DNA of 64,000 bases from a bacterium (GTDB lineage Bacteria; Sysuimicrobiota; Sysuimicrobiia; Sysuimicrobiales; Kaftiobacteriaceae). The stretch covers positions 31,740 to 95,739 of the forward strand of contig JBIOWP010000105.1 in NCBI GenBank assembly GCA_044868695.1, given 5' to 3'. The translations under genes and the position numbers were made by a program. Under the pieces are notes generated by a model, which was not told where the DNA came from, searched no databases, and saw nothing but the letters and a program-made list of their open reading frames with translations. How positions within the stretch are numbered: position 1 is the stretch's first letter; every line of letters starts with the position of its first letter. Below are positions 18,212 through 28,139 of this stretch, one piece after another.

Positions 18212-18280
18212 TCCCTCCCTTGGAGTCAGGCGGGTCAGCGCTCGCGCTGTGGGCCTGTTTCTACGAGTGCGCCCACCCTT

Positions 18281-18326
18281 AGGATAGGGGACGGCTTCGA
18301 GGGCAGGTATCGGGCGGGGAGGGGAT
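18281..18326 (-). promoter_or_regulatory. Palindrome-associated promoter of the doxX operon
   Basis: Minus strand ATCCCC-N6-CCCGAT, 22 nt, TATCCT. Confidence 0.55.
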
Positions 18327-18399
18327 TTCGGGATCAGGTCTAGGCCGTTGTCCCTTCGGGCACGGAACGTGACGCCGGCAAGAATTCCAGGGGTGGCGG

Positions 18400-19134
18400 A
18401 TGCGGGTCGGGCCGATCATGTCCAAAGGGCTGGTTGCGGTATTGCTGCTGGGGCCATGCGTCCCGCAGATCGATCCCCGCATGTTTTCAGCCCCCCCGGG
18501 CGCCCAGGTGCCGTTCGTCGCCACCGTCCAGGCCGAAGCCAGGCAGAAATCGATCCTGGCATCCTTCGAACGCAAACCGATCCTTCCTTACATGGCCGGA
18601 CCCAAGGTAATGCTCAGCACCGCGTACGTGGCCGCCCTCTCCGTATCCCTCGAGGCCGCCCCCGCGAGCTTCACCCGGCGCGCAGTCAGGGCGTCATCTG
18701 GGTCTGACCCCGGGGAGTATGCCCGAATCCTTCTGCAGCTTGCCATGCGGACCGGGGCCACGCTGGCGACCCCGCCGATTCAGTGGCCCGCCCGCGGAGG
18801 GCTGACCTCTCCGTTTGGGCGGCGATGGCGCCAGCACCACGACGGGATCGACATCGCTGCCCGGGAAGGAGCGCCCATCCACGCCGCCCGGGACGGCCGG
18901 GTGGTCTATGTCGGTTGGAAGGGCGGGTATGGGCTCACCGTCATCCTCGCCCACGGCAACGGGTTGCAGACGCTATACGGGCACGCCTCAGCGACGGTAG
19001 TCAAGCCCGGACAGGTCGTCAAGGCCGGACAGGTCATCGCGCGCGTCGGCAGCACCGGGATCGCGACAGGGTCCCATCTCCACTTCGAATTCCGCGTCAA
19101 CGGTCGCCCCGTCAATCCCCTGCGCTATCTCTGA
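18400..19134 (+). CDS. M23-family metallopeptidase
   Basis: HDGIDI, GYG..VI..H, TLYGH, ATGSHLHFE, VNP; start uncertain. Confidence 0.85.
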   Translation: MRVGPIMSKGLVAVLLLGPCVPQIDPRMFSAPPGAQVPFVATVQAEARQKSILASFERKPILPYMAGPKVMLSTAYVAALSVSLEAAPASFTRRAVRASSGSDPGEYARILLQLAMRTGATLATPPIQWPARGGLTSPFGRRWRQHHDGIDIAAREGAPIHAARDGRVVYVGWKGGYGLTVILAHGNGLQTLYGHASATVVKPGQVVKAGQVIARVGSTGIATGSHLHFEFRVNGRPVNPLRYL

Positions 19135-19139
19135 CCGGC

Positions 19140-19715
19140 CTACTCCGGAGCCGGATGAGAAAATTGCAGGATGTGTTCTCGCAATTGCATGAAACCCGGG
19201 TCTCCGAGGTACCCGCCTGACACGCGCCCACGGATCACCAGCTCCCCGTCGATGAAGAAAGTTGTGGGGAGTCCGGTCACCTGGTAGTGGGCGATCCGCG
19301 TCTGCTCCGGGTCGAAGACGTTGGGATAGGTAATCCCCAGCGTCTTGAGAAACGCCGCCGCCTCGTCGTAATCGTCTGCCACGTTGATGCCCAGGATCAC
19401 GACGCGCTGATTCCGAAGCTCCCGCCACGCCCGCTCCAGGACCGGCATCTCTTCCCGGCACGGCACGCACCAGGACGCCCAGAAGTTCAGCACAACGACC
19501 TTCCCCCGAAAGTCTGACAGCGAAACCGGTGGGCCGGCAAATGCCCGCAGCCGGAACTCCGGCGCCGGGCGCGGACGCTGTATAAGGGGCGCCTGCCGCA
19601 CCACTGTAGTTGGCGGGGCGGGCCGAGGCAGTTGGACCGCCAGAACCACGATACCCACTACAGCCGCAGCGACAGCACCCCAGAGGATGAGGATCCAGCG
19701 TCGCTTCCCAATCAT
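19140..19715 (-). CDS. TlpA/ResA-family thiol-disulfide oxidoreductase
   Basis: N-terminal TM anchor, VLNFWASWCVPCREE, GLPTTFFID. Confidence 0.92.
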   Translation of the reverse strand: MIGKRRWILILWGAVAAAVVGIVVLAVQLPRPAPPTTVVRQAPLIQRPRPAPEFRLRAFAGPPVSLSDFRGKVVVLNFWASWCVPCREEMPVLERAWRELRNQRVVILGINVADDYDEAAAFLKTLGITYPNVFDPEQTRIAHYQVTGLPTTFFIDGELVIRGRVSGGYLGDPGFMQLREHILQFSHPAPE

Positions 19716-19742
19716 CGCGTTTCCACTATACGCTACCGGAAA

Positions 19743-19788
19743 ATACCGTGCACGCCGGATGGCTGGGGACAGCGGCTCGCCCTATCGT
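19743..19788 (+). promoter_or_regulatory. Palindrome-associated promoter of mntH-usp
   Basis: ATACCG-N6-CCGGAT, 22 nt, TATCGT, then aaggag RBS. Confidence 0.5.
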
Positions 19789-19801
19789 AAAGGAGTCAAC
19801 C

Positions 19802-21115
19802 ATGCCGGAAGACGTGCACCTAAACACACGCGATGCCCATCGCTCCGGGCCCGCGTGGCTCTCGGCCGGGCCGGAGGTGCTGGAAGAACGCAGCCCGCGG
19901 CGGGGAGTGGCGCGACTGCTGCCGTTCCTCGGGCCGGCGTTTGTTGCCAGCGTTGCCTACATTGATCCCGGCAATTTCGCCACCAACATCGCCGCCGGCG
20001 CGCAGTTTGGTTACCTTCTGTTATGGGTCGTGCTGGCCAGCAATCTCACGGCGATGCTCGTGCAGGCCCTGTCCGCTAAGCTGGGAATCGCGACCGGCCG
20101 GAACCTGGCCGAACTGTGCCGCGACCGCTTTCAGCGTCCGGTAGTCTGGGGGATGTGGGTCGCGGGTGAGCTGGTGGCCATGGCCACAGACCTGGCCGAA
20201 TTTCTCGGCGCCGCGCTCGGCCTGACCCTCCTGTTCCATTTCCCGCTGTTTGTCTCAGCTTTGCTCGCCGGCGCCGTCACTCTGCTCATCCTGGCACTGG
20301 AGCGGCGCGGGTTCCGGCCGATCGAAGCCGTCATCACCGGATTTGTCGGTGTCATCGCAGTCTCGTACGTCATTGAGACCATTCTTGATCGACCGGACTG
20401 GCACGCCGTGGCCGTGGGAGCACTGGCGCCACGGTTTGCGGGAACAGAAAGCGTGCTGCTCGCGACCGGGATCCTGGGAGCCACGGTCATGCCCCACGTG
20501 ATCTTCCTCCACTCGGCGTTGATGCAACGTCGCATTGTGCCGCGCACTGAGGCCCAGGCCCACCGTCTCTACCGCTTTGAGGTCACCGACGTCGTGCTGG
20601 CCATGGGGCTGGCCGGAGTGGTAAACGCGGCGATGCTCATCATGGCCGCGTCCACGTTCCACGCGCGTGCGCTGACCCACATCGCCACCATCGACGAGGC
20701 GCACCGGACGCTGGCGCCGCTGCTGGGGCCGGCTTCCAGCACCATCTTTGCCATTGCGCTCCTCGCATCCGGTCTGTCGTCATCCACGGTAGGCACGATG
20801 GCCGGGCAGGTCATCATGCAGGGATTCTTGCACCGGACGATTCCGATCTGGATCCGCCGGCTGGTGACGATGGTGCCGGCCCTGGTCGTCATCGGAGTGG
20901 GATTGGACCCGACGCGGACGCTGGTGACCAGCCAGGTCGTCCTCAGCTTCGGCCTGCCTTTCGCGCTCGTGCCGCTGGTGCACTTCACCGCCCGCCGGGA
21001 TGTGATGGGTGGTCTGGCGAATCACCGCGTGACGACCGTCCTGGCCTCGGGCGTCACCGCCGTGATTATTGCGTTGAACCTAGTCCTGGTCTACCGGATG
21101 CTCACCGGAGGATAA
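19802..21115 (+). CDS. mntH: Nramp divalent metal transporter
   Basis: AYIDPGNFATN, GATVMPH, TMAGQVIMQGF, SQVVLSF. Confidence 0.94.
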   Translation: MPEDVHLNTRDAHRSGPAWLSAGPEVLEERSPRRGVARLLPFLGPAFVASVAYIDPGNFATNIAAGAQFGYLLLWVVLASNLTAMLVQALSAKLGIATGRNLAELCRDRFQRPVVWGMWVAGELVAMATDLAEFLGAALGLTLLFHFPLFVSALLAGAVTLLILALERRGFRPIEAVITGFVGVIAVSYVIETILDRPDWHAVAVGALAPRFAGTESVLLATGILGATVMPHVIFLHSALMQRRIVPRTEAQAHRLYRFEVTDVVLAMGLAGVVNAAMLIMAASTFHARALTHIATIDEAHRTLAPLLGPASSTIFAIALLASGLSSSTVGTMAGQVIMQGFLHRTIPIWIRRLVTMVPALVVIGVGLDPTRTLVTSQVVLSFGLPFALVPLVHFTARRDVMGGLANHRVTTVLASGVTAVIIALNLVLVYRMLTGG

Positions 21116-21117
21116 TC

Positions 21118-22056
21118 GTGTTCCGTCACCTGCTGGTCCCGCTCGATGGCTCGCGTTTGGCCGAGTCGGCACTCCCGGCCGCGGCCGACCTGGCGCGGCG
21201 CCTGGGTGCATCAGTGACCCTGCTGCACGTCCTGGAGCCGGATGCTCCGCCGGCCGTACACGGCGACCGTCATCTCCGGTCACCGGCAGAGGCGGATGGC
21301 TATCTCGCCGGCGCGGTAGACTGGTTGACCGCCCGTCAGGTTTCCGCGGAGGTCGCCCTCAACCAGCAGCAGGGCGATGTGGCCGCGAGCATCGCCCGGA
21401 TCGGGAGCGCCGTGGGGGCCGACTTGATCGCGCTCACGACGCACGGGCGAAGCGGTGTGCGTGGACTCCTGTTTGGCCGTGTGGCGCAGCAGGTACTGCA
21501 GCGGGGGAGGATCCCCGTGCTCTTGATCCGGCCGTCCGCCTCCGGCCGTGACGCCTCGTTTGCATGCCGGCGGATGCTGGTGGCTCTAGACGGCAGCGAC
21601 ACGGCCGAATACGCCCTTGCACCTGCGGCCGCGCTGGCCGCCGCCTGCGGGGCGGAGATCGTGCTGATGCGGGTTGTGCCGACGGTGGAAACCCTCTCTG
21701 GAGATCAGGCAGCCGCGGCGCGGCTGCTCCCCACAACCGCGGCGGCAGTGCTGGAGGTCGAAGCCTCCGAGGCAGCGAGCTACCTGGAACGTCTCGCCGG
21801 CGGAATGCGCCGCGAGGGGAGGACGGTGACTACGGTCATCGGCCGGGGGGACCCGGTCCGGGTCCTGGTCGACGCCGCAGAACGCCGCGAGATTGACCTG
21901 CTGATCGTGGCAACGCACGGACGATCCGGCGTCAGCGCCGTTTGGGCCGGTAGTATCGCCTCGCGCCTGGTAGAAACAGGTAGGACACCGGTCCTGCTAA
22001 TCCGGATTCCGCGCGCGGTCGGGTCCACGCCCGATACGATTCATCTACCCGCCTGA
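21118..22056 (+). CDS. Universal stress protein (two USP domains)
   Basis: LVPLDGS...THGRSG..G.VA..V...PVL present twice. Confidence 0.92.
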   Translation: MFRHLLVPLDGSRLAESALPAAADLARRLGASVTLLHVLEPDAPPAVHGDRHLRSPAEADGYLAGAVDWLTARQVSAEVALNQQQGDVAASIARIGSAVGADLIALTTHGRSGVRGLLFGRVAQQVLQRGRIPVLLIRPSASGRDASFACRRMLVALDGSDTAEYALAPAAALAAACGAEIVLMRVVPTVETLSGDQAAAARLLPTTAAAVLEVEASEAASYLERLAGGMRREGRTVTTVIGRGDPVRVLVDAAERREIDLLIVATHGRSGVSAVWAGSIASRLVETGRTPVLLIRIPRAVGSTPDTIHLPA

Positions 22057-22204
22057 TGCTGGCCCACAGCTCTGGCAATGGGACCGGTAACAAATAGAAG
22101 GAGGAGCACCGGATCTACCGGAGAGAAGTTCGGGAAGGCACGATGTCCTCCGCAGCGGATCGAGTCCTCCTGTCTCACACTGCGCGAATCCGCGGAAGGC
22201 GGGC

Positions 22205-22222
22205 ATCGGTTCGATGCCCGAT
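22205..22222. promoter_or_regulatory. Orphan copy of the ATCGGn-N6-nCCGAT palindrome, overlapping a 9-bp hairpin between convergent usp genes
   Basis: ATCGGT-TCGATG-CCCGAT; hairpin cgggcatcg-gtt-cgatgcccg at 22200-22220. Confidence 0.4.
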
Positions 22223-22254
22223 TCGATTGGGGCGGATGGAAGGCCTACGGGGTT

Positions 22255-22728
22255 CTAGGTGTCGCTCTGTCTGACCGTCAGCACGGGGATGCGGCTATGG
22301 CGGACGACGTACTCTGCGACGCTGCCGAAGAAGATGGCGGCCAGACCTGTGCGGCCATGCGTGCCCATCACGATGAGGTCGGTGCCGCCTTCCTTCGCCA
22401 CGTCGAGGATCGTCGTGCGCGGGGTGCCTTCGCGAATCATGGTTTTCGCCTGCGGGTGGCGCGCTGCGAGCTTAGCTATCCCCTCGTGTGCTTCGGCGCG
22501 CAGGGCGTCCACCAGCTGTCCAAACGCGGTCGCCGCAGCCATGCCCGTGGGCAGGCTGGCGGCACCGGCCAGCCCGAGGTCGACCACGTGCAGGATCACG
22601 ATCTCGGCGCCGTATGCGTCGCGCAGGCTCACCGCCCACCTCAGCGCCGATTCCGCGCTGGGGGAGAAGTCTGTGGGAGCCAGGATCCGCTTTACCCGCG
22701 GAAGAGTTTCACGCTGTGCTGCACTCAT
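22255..22728 (-). CDS. Universal stress protein
   Basis: RILAPTDFS, DLIVMGTHGRTGL...FGSVAEYVVRHS..PVL. Confidence 0.93.
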   Translation of the reverse strand: MSAAQRETLPRVKRILAPTDFSPSAESALRWAVSLRDAYGAEIVILHVVDLGLAGAASLPTGMAAATAFGQLVDALRAEAHEGIAKLAARHPQAKTMIREGTPRTTILDVAKEGGTDLIVMGTHGRTGLAAIFFGSVAEYVVRHSRIPVLTVRQSDT

Positions 22729-22732
22729 TTCC

Positions 22733-23899
22733 TCACCTCGCCTCCGGCGTAGGAACTCTGCGGTTCCGGGTTGCCCGCCACAGGGCCAGCCAGATGGCCC
22801 CGAGACCCGAGAGGACGGCCAGCAGCCGGAACACCCACCCGACAAATGGAAGTGCGTACAGGATCACCAACGCGGTTATGCCCGCGACGAGAGCCCAGGA
22901 GGTGGAGGTCGTGGCCCCACGGCGGATCGCACCCAAGACGCGTTCCCCCAGCCAGGTGGCGGCGAAGAGCTGTCCGGGATACAGCGTCAGCAACCACAGG
23001 AGGGTCACCGCCGCTGCGAGGGGGATGCCAACTACAGAGATCAACAGCGCGAGAATGGCGACAGGCGCGGCGACGAGGACCAGGAACCCTGCCAGCAGAC
23101 TCGCCCCGAACCGGGCGCGGATCTCGCCGACGACGTTTCTCGGCACCGCCGGCAGCAGCGCGAACCCGACCAGCCCCAATGTGAGCAGCCACACCCATTC
23201 CCCCGCGCGCCAGACCCAGCTGACACGTCCCCGCCACGGCGCGACGCTCCGCGCGCGCGGCCGCGCCATCGAAGGAACACGCTCCACCCCGCCGGAGACC
23301 TGGGCTCCGGCCTGAATCTCCGCCGCCCGATCCCCAGCGTAGCGGAGGCGTCCCGCAATGCGCGCCGTGGGGAGGACCACCAGTTGGTCCGCCTGCACCT
23401 CAACGGATCCCTGGATGGTGCCTCCGATAACGACGCTGCCCCCGCCGACGTACACGTCCCGTCCAACCGCGCCCCCAATCCTGACGTTGCCGGCCCCAAC
23501 CACGAGATCGCGACCGATCCGGGCGGCCTCGGCAACCGTCACGGTCCCCCCGGCCAGCACCGCGTCGGTGCCTGCCGCGCTGTCGACCCGTACGGTTCCA
23601 CCGGCCGCACGGATGCTGCGGCCGACGCGGCCGCCGACTTCGACGTTCCCTCCGGCAGCCAGGACGGCCCCGCTGACTTGGCCGCTGAGGACCACCGTGC
23701 CTCCCGCCGCGGAGACGTCGCCGTCGACGGCACCTGTCACCGTGACCGTGCCTCCCGCGATGTAGAGGTCGTCCTGAATCGTCTCAGAGAATGTGACCGT
23801 TTCTCCGGCCCGCGGGACGAATGCGGAGACGGGCCACGGCAGCGAGAAGAGAAGAACCAGTGCGACGATGCCAGCCTTGCGCATGCGGACGTTCATCAT
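22733..23899 (-). CDS. Exported beta-solenoid (bactofilin-like repeat) protein with C-terminal TM helices
   Basis: Signal peptide, repeated GD.yvAGG.V.v.G.V units, five C-terminal hydrophobic segments. Confidence 0.8.
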   Translation of the reverse strand: MMNVRMRKAGIVALVLLFSLPWPVSAFVPRAGETVTFSETIQDDLYIAGGTVTVTGAVDGDVSAAGGTVVLSGQVSGAVLAAGGNVEVGGRVGRSIRAAGGTVRVDSAAGTDAVLAGGTVTVAEAARIGRDLVVGAGNVRIGGAVGRDVYVGGGSVVIGGTIQGSVEVQADQLVVLPTARIAGRLRYAGDRAAEIQAGAQVSGGVERVPSMARPRARSVAPWRGRVSWVWRAGEWVWLLTLGLVGFALLPAVPRNVVGEIRARFGASLLAGFLVLVAAPVAILALLISVVGIPLAAAVTLLWLLTLYPGQLFAATWLGERVLGAIRRGATTSTSWALVAGITALVILYALPFVGWVFRLLAVLSGLGAIWLALWRATRNRRVPTPEAR

Positions 23900-23904
23900 T
23901 TAGA

Positions 23905-24786
23905 TCATCCTCTCGCGGCGATTCGAAACCACGTGTGGCGGCGGCCGCGGACCGCTATGGATAGCGCCTGGATGTTCTCGGGAACGGCGACGCCCGCGTA
24001 CCCCGCGTCGCCGATGTGGTGCACGTCGGCTCCGGCCTGCTTGCTCCACAACGCGATCTGCTCGACCACCCGCTTACTCGCGCCTTCCTGCGACGTCCCA
24101 ATGGCCGACACCACGAGCAGGCCGATCCCGTGCGCCGTTTCCGACAGCGCGGCCGCCACGTCGACCGTCATGCCAGGGACGGTGCCCGGTGCAGGGATCA
24201 ACACCCCGTGCACGCCTCCGCCGGCGAGTGCCGTCAGGTCCTCTGTCGAAAGGGGCGGCTCCGCCACGCCCGCGGCGTGCATCTTTCCGGCAAAGACCAG
24301 GACATCGTCCGCGGTGGCCCGAGCGACGTCCAGCGCCCGCGCCACTAGGGTCGCCTGCTGCGCCCCGGTGTGCGGATTCGCGGTGACGACGATGAACCGC
24401 GCCCCCAAATCCCTCGCACGTTTCGCGTTATCCGCCGTAGCCAGCCGCCCCTGCGCGACCGTGGATGGAGCCGCGTCAAGAGGTTCCAGGTTGCAGCCGA
24501 CCGGCCGGCCGAGTACCCTCGCCAGGTCCTCCAGCGTCCCCGGCGCGCCGCTCACCGCCGGCGCGTTGACATCGTACATGTTCAGCAGGAGCAGATCCGC
24601 CCCAGCGCCGGCGGCCAGGGCTGCGTTGGAGAGACCCGGGATGAGCGGTGACGCGCCGGCGATCACCTCAGCCATCACCGTCCGCCCCTCGCTGCTCCGG
24701 ATGCTGTCGAGGAGCCCGCGGCTGCGCAGTTGGGCCAGTTGCTCCGGTGTCGCGTCAAGCAGGCGCCTCAGGGGCGGTCCACCCAT
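23905..24786 (-). CDS. PTS-associated uncharacterised probable TIM-barrel enzyme
   Basis: SIRSSEGR, GADLLLLN, GKMH, PAPGTVPG, IGTSQEGA, HIGDAG, PENI, RGRRHT; overlaps the EIIA gene. Confidence 0.75.
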   Translation of the reverse strand: MGGPPLRRLLDATPEQLAQLRSRGLLDSIRSSEGRTVMAEVIAGASPLIPGLSNAALAAGAGADLLLLNMYDVNAPAVSGAPGTLEDLARVLGRPVGCNLEPLDAAPSTVAQGRLATADNAKRARDLGARFIVVTANPHTGAQQATLVARALDVARATADDVLVFAGKMHAAGVAEPPLSTEDLTALAGGGVHGVLIPAPGTVPGMTVDVAAALSETAHGIGLLVVSAIGTSQEGASKRVVEQIALWSKQAGADVHHIGDAGYAGVAVPENIQALSIAVRGRRHTWFRIAARG

Positions 24787-25235
24787 CCCAGTACCTCGCC
24801 GGCCTGCACTCGTGATGCTTCGACGAACGTCAACCCTGCGCCCTTCGGAACAGCAGGAACGACGATTGGCGAGATGAGGCGGTACCCTTCGCGCCGGATG
24901 ACCTCGCGGTCAAACCGGATGACGATCTCGCCGGCCGACACCTGGTCCCCGCGCGTGCGCACGATCGAAAACCCGCGTCCCTTGAGACGGACAGTATCGA
25001 GCCCAAGATGGACCAGGATCTCCAGGCCGTCGCTCGTCTGCACGGCGAAGGCATGCCCCGCGCTGTGCAGGACGGCGAGCACCCCATCGACCGGCGCCAC
25101 TGCCGTGTCACCGTCGGGCTCGATCGCGACCCCGGGTCCCATCATCCCGCCGCTGAACACGGGATCCGGGACGGCGGTGAGCGAGAGTAGCTGCCCGGAC
25201 AGCGGGGCGAGGATCGGGCGCCGGCCGGCGGTCAC
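24768..25235 (-). CDS. PTS glucose-family EIIA component
   Basis: VPDPVFSGGMMGPGVAI, HAF, EILVHLGLDTV.L.G.GF. Confidence 0.92.
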   Translation of the reverse strand: MTAGRRPILAPLSGQLLSLTAVPDPVFSGGMMGPGVAIEPDGDTAVAPVDGVLAVLHSAGHAFAVQTSDGLEILVHLGLDTVRLKGRGFSIVRTRGDQVSAGEIVIRFDREVIRREGYRLISPIVVPAVPKGAGLTFVEASRVQAGEVLGWVDRP

Positions 25236-25474
25236 GCGGGCTTCAGGATCTTGTGAATCTCCTGCGCGATCAACTCGGCGTGCGTTCCGACGACGACCTG
25301 GATACCGGTCCCGATCTTCAAGACGCCGATGGCGCCGGCAGCCCGCAGGCGGGGCTCATTCACTTTCGCGGGATCCACCACGGTGACGCGAAGCCGCGTC
25401 ACGCACCCGTCCAATTCTTTAATATTCTGCGGGCCGCCGAGCGCCTCGATGATCAGCTGCGCCTTCTGCTGCAC
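25232..25474 (-). CDS. PTS glucose-family EIIB component
   Basis: ALGGPQNI..LDGCVTRLRV, IQVVVG. Confidence 0.92.
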   Translation of the reverse strand: MQQKAQLIIEALGGPQNIKELDGCVTRLRVTVVDPAKVNEPRLRAAGAIGVLKIGTGIQVVVGTHAELIAQEIHKILKPA

Positions 25475-25492
25475 GCCGCCCCTCCTGCCGGA

Positions 25493-26617
25493 TCAGCGGC
25501 CTTCGGTCATGGGTTCGCGTCCGGGCGTCGGCAGGTTCTGCCGGACGATGAGCCACCGGAACAGGAAGTAGTACACCGCGCCAAAGACCGCTCCGACGGG
25601 AATCAGCAGCAACGGCTTTGTGGCAATGCCGTAGTTGAGGAGGTAATCGATGAAACCGGCCGAGAAGCCGAACCCGTGCCGGATTCCCATCGCCACCGTT
25701 ACATACGCGGACACGCCGGCCAGCACCGCGTGCAGCACGTACAGCACAGGCGCCAGGAACATGAAGGCGAACTCCACCGGCTCGGTGATGCCGGTGACAA
25801 ATGAGGTCAGGGCGGCGCTCCACAGGACGCCGGCGGCCACTTTGCGGCCGGGGCCTTTGGCCGTTTGCCACATCGCCAGACAGACCGCGGGAAGCCCAAA
25901 CATCATGACCGGATAGAACCCCGTCATGAAGATGCCGGCCGATTTGTCGCCGGCAAAGAAGCGATTGAGATCGCCCAGGACCTCCTTGCCGGTGCTGGGA
26001 TCGACGAAGGCCGTGGGGCCGGACAGCTGGAACCACACCAGCGCGTTGATCACGTGATGCAGGCCAAACGGGATGAGCAGCCGGTTGAGAAACGCGTGGA
26101 CGGCCGCGCCCATCGGCCCTGCGCCCACCGCCCACCGTCCGGCGGCTCCAATGACCCCCTGAATGGGAGGCCAGATGAAGCCGAAGACCAGACCGAAGGC
26201 CACCGCCACGAACGCGGTCACGATGGGGACAAACCGGCGGCCGCCGAAGAACGCCAGCCACTCCGGCAGGACGATCGAGTGGTATCTCCCGTACAGGTAG
26301 GCGGCCGTCAGGCCCATGAGAATGCCAGACAGCACGCCCATGTTGATGTCCTTGTTGATGTCGGCCAGGACGGCGGTCATGACCCAGTAGCCCACGGCAC
26401 CGGCCATGCCGGCCACCCCGATATCACCGGTGAATCCGATTGCCACGCCGATGGCGAAGAGCAATGGAAGATTGCCGAAGATTGCGCCACCGGCGTCGGC
26501 CAGCCACTTGACGTTGAGCAGGTCAGGCTGGCCAAACCGCAGGAGGATGGCCGCGGCGGGCATGACCGCGATGGGCACCATCAGCGAGCGTCCGATCTTT
26601 TGAAGCGTGGCGAACAT
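25493..26617 (-). CDS. PTS N-acetylglucosamine-like EIIC component
   Basis: LQKIGRSLM.PIAVMPAA, FFGGRRFVPI, FGLHH, GDLNRFFAGD, GITEPVEF, FSAGFID, TPGRE. Confidence 0.92.
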   Translation of the reverse strand: MFATLQKIGRSLMVPIAVMPAAAILLRFGQPDLLNVKWLADAGGAIFGNLPLLFAIGVAIGFTGDIGVAGMAGAVGYWVMTAVLADINKDINMGVLSGILMGLTAAYLYGRYHSIVLPEWLAFFGGRRFVPIVTAFVAVAFGLVFGFIWPPIQGVIGAAGRWAVGAGPMGAAVHAFLNRLLIPFGLHHVINALVWFQLSGPTAFVDPSTGKEVLGDLNRFFAGDKSAGIFMTGFYPVMMFGLPAVCLAMWQTAKGPGRKVAAGVLWSAALTSFVTGITEPVEFAFMFLAPVLYVLHAVLAGVSAYVTVAMGIRHGFGFSAGFIDYLLNYGIATKPLLLIPVGAVFGAVYYFLFRWLIVRQNLPTPGREPMTEGR

Positions 26618-26669
26618 CGCATCGCCTCCTCATGAAGGAGTATCATCTCCCAACCTCTTCGCGCGGTCC

Positions 26670-27953
26670 TCACCTCCTTCCGGGATATGGAATGATCTGG
26701 GGCCGGCGGACGAGCTGCGCGAGCGTTGCACGCGCCGCCGCCGCGGTCAACGGCAAGAGGAGCGGATCGAGGGGCCGGGACAGCCGCATGATGAACGGCA
26801 GGTCGTTCAGCAGCGCGCGAAGCCGCACCGGGGCTCCACGGAGGCGGGCGACGCGGGAGAAGCCACGGTATGGCGCGCCGGCATCGTCTCCGATGAATAC
26901 CAGCGCCGCCTGGTCGCTGCCGGCCCGCTGCTCCTGCTGCGTGCGCCCCACGACTAAGGTCGTTTCCCTGGCGCCCGCAAAACCCCCTGCACGCTCGATT
27001 ACCTGCAATGCGACGGTTAGAATTCCTGCACTACCTGCGGGGGTCGCTCCATCGCCAACGACCACCCGTATGCTCCCCGGCGGCGTCATCCCGTCAGGGC
27101 GGTCGGGAGGGAGGGTGAATCCGGTACCGCGCCGCCGCACTGCCTCCAGCGTCATGGTGCCCTGAAAGCTCAGCGCGTCGACGGCCGCCGGCCCCTGGCC
27201 GCGGCGTGCGCCCGCGTGCAGATACAGGAGCTGTTCTGAAGGAACCCCCACGGCCTCGGCCGCGGCGCGATCCACTGCGAAGACGTTCGCTCCGGCAAAG
27301 ATCACTCCCATAGGTTTCGGACGACAGGTCAGCTCATTGCCATCATGGCCGGCCTCGATTGCATCCACCAGGATGAGATGGGGTGGGGCGACTTCCATCA
27401 CGTCTGCGACGCGTTCGGCGCTCCTTTCAGCCGTGTCTGCGCGTTGTTGCTCGGGGAGCACGGACAGCAGCGTCCGGCCGCCGAGGTTGAGCCGCGGGAA
27501 CACGGCCGGCTTCAGGCGGGTGACCACGATCCGGACGGCGGCGTCGAGATACGCGACGGGGAGATGCAGTGTGGCGCCGGATGACGGCACTGTCACCGCA
27601 TAATAGTTCGTGTCCTCGAGAGGGAGTAGCCGCGCGCCCGACCTTGCCACCGCCCCATATCCCGCCCGCCGCAGCGTGAAGCGGGTCGGAAAGCCGGGCA
27701 GGCTGCGTGCGGCCACGGTCAGCTCTCGAGAAGGAAGCGTCGCGAGGAGACCCTGGAGGAAACGCGGATCGACGCTGGCGAGCGGCGCGAGGCGGGAGTC
27801 AGCGAAGGGCGCGTCCACCAAGACGCAGACCGCGTTTGCCGCGCGTCCGATCGAATCGCGGACGACGGGCTGCAACACGGCGGCGATCCGCTGCACGTCA
27901 TAGGTGTCACAGGCCGCGATCCAGACCGGCTGCACGCCCAACTGCTTCGACAT
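26670..27953 (-). CDS. Divergent DUF362-like protein
   Basis: ACDTYD start, P.LILVDAIEA, G.IFAG.N.FAVD..AA..VG layout; the usual KPN/KTH motifs look degenerate. Confidence 0.55.
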   Translation of the reverse strand: MSKQLGVQPVWIAACDTYDVQRIAAVLQPVVRDSIGRAANAVCVLVDAPFADSRLAPLASVDPRFLQGLLATLPSRELTVAARSLPGFPTRFTLRRAGYGAVARSGARLLPLEDTNYYAVTVPSSGATLHLPVAYLDAAVRIVVTRLKPAVFPRLNLGGRTLLSVLPEQQRADTAERSAERVADVMEVAPPHLILVDAIEAGHDGNELTCRPKPMGVIFAGANVFAVDRAAAEAVGVPSEQLLYLHAGARRGQGPAAVDALSFQGTMTLEAVRRRGTGFTLPPDRPDGMTPPGSIRVVVGDGATPAGSAGILTVALQVIERAGGFAGARETTLVVGRTQQEQRAGSDQAALVFIGDDAGAPYRGFSRVARLRGAPVRLRALLNDLPFIMRLSRPLDPLLLPLTAAAARATLAQLVRRPQIIPYPGRR

Positions 27954-28059
27954 CGCGACCTACGTGCCCGCTGAGCGGTCTGGAGGACCTCCAGCAACGG
28001 GCACAGCAGCCGGTTGGCAAGCTGGATTCAGTATGTCAGGCGGCCAACCGACGCGGGAA

Positions 28060-28105
28060 TTCCGGTCTAGAACCGATGGTTGACCCTGGTAAGGGGGCGT
28101 ATCTT
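28060..28105 (+). promoter_or_regulatory. Palindrome-associated promoter of usp-deoC-baeRF
   Basis: TTCCGG-N6-ACCGAT, 22 nt, TATCTT. Confidence 0.5.
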
Positions 28106-28139
28106 GGGAATCGAAGGGGTTCACAATGGGAGGAAACCG

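Noticed and set aside
22057..22200. Small minus-strand ORF downstream of the orphan palindrome
   Set aside because: RBS-like sequences are present but there is no credible start or recognisable product
22259..24877. 872-aa plus-strand ORF
   Set aside because: Antisense shadow of four recognisable minus-strand genes; no motifs; typical of high-GC DNA
27964..28050. Two hairpins upstream of the DUF362-like gene
   Set aside because: GC-rich stems without a U tract or known motif; cannot be distinguished from chance
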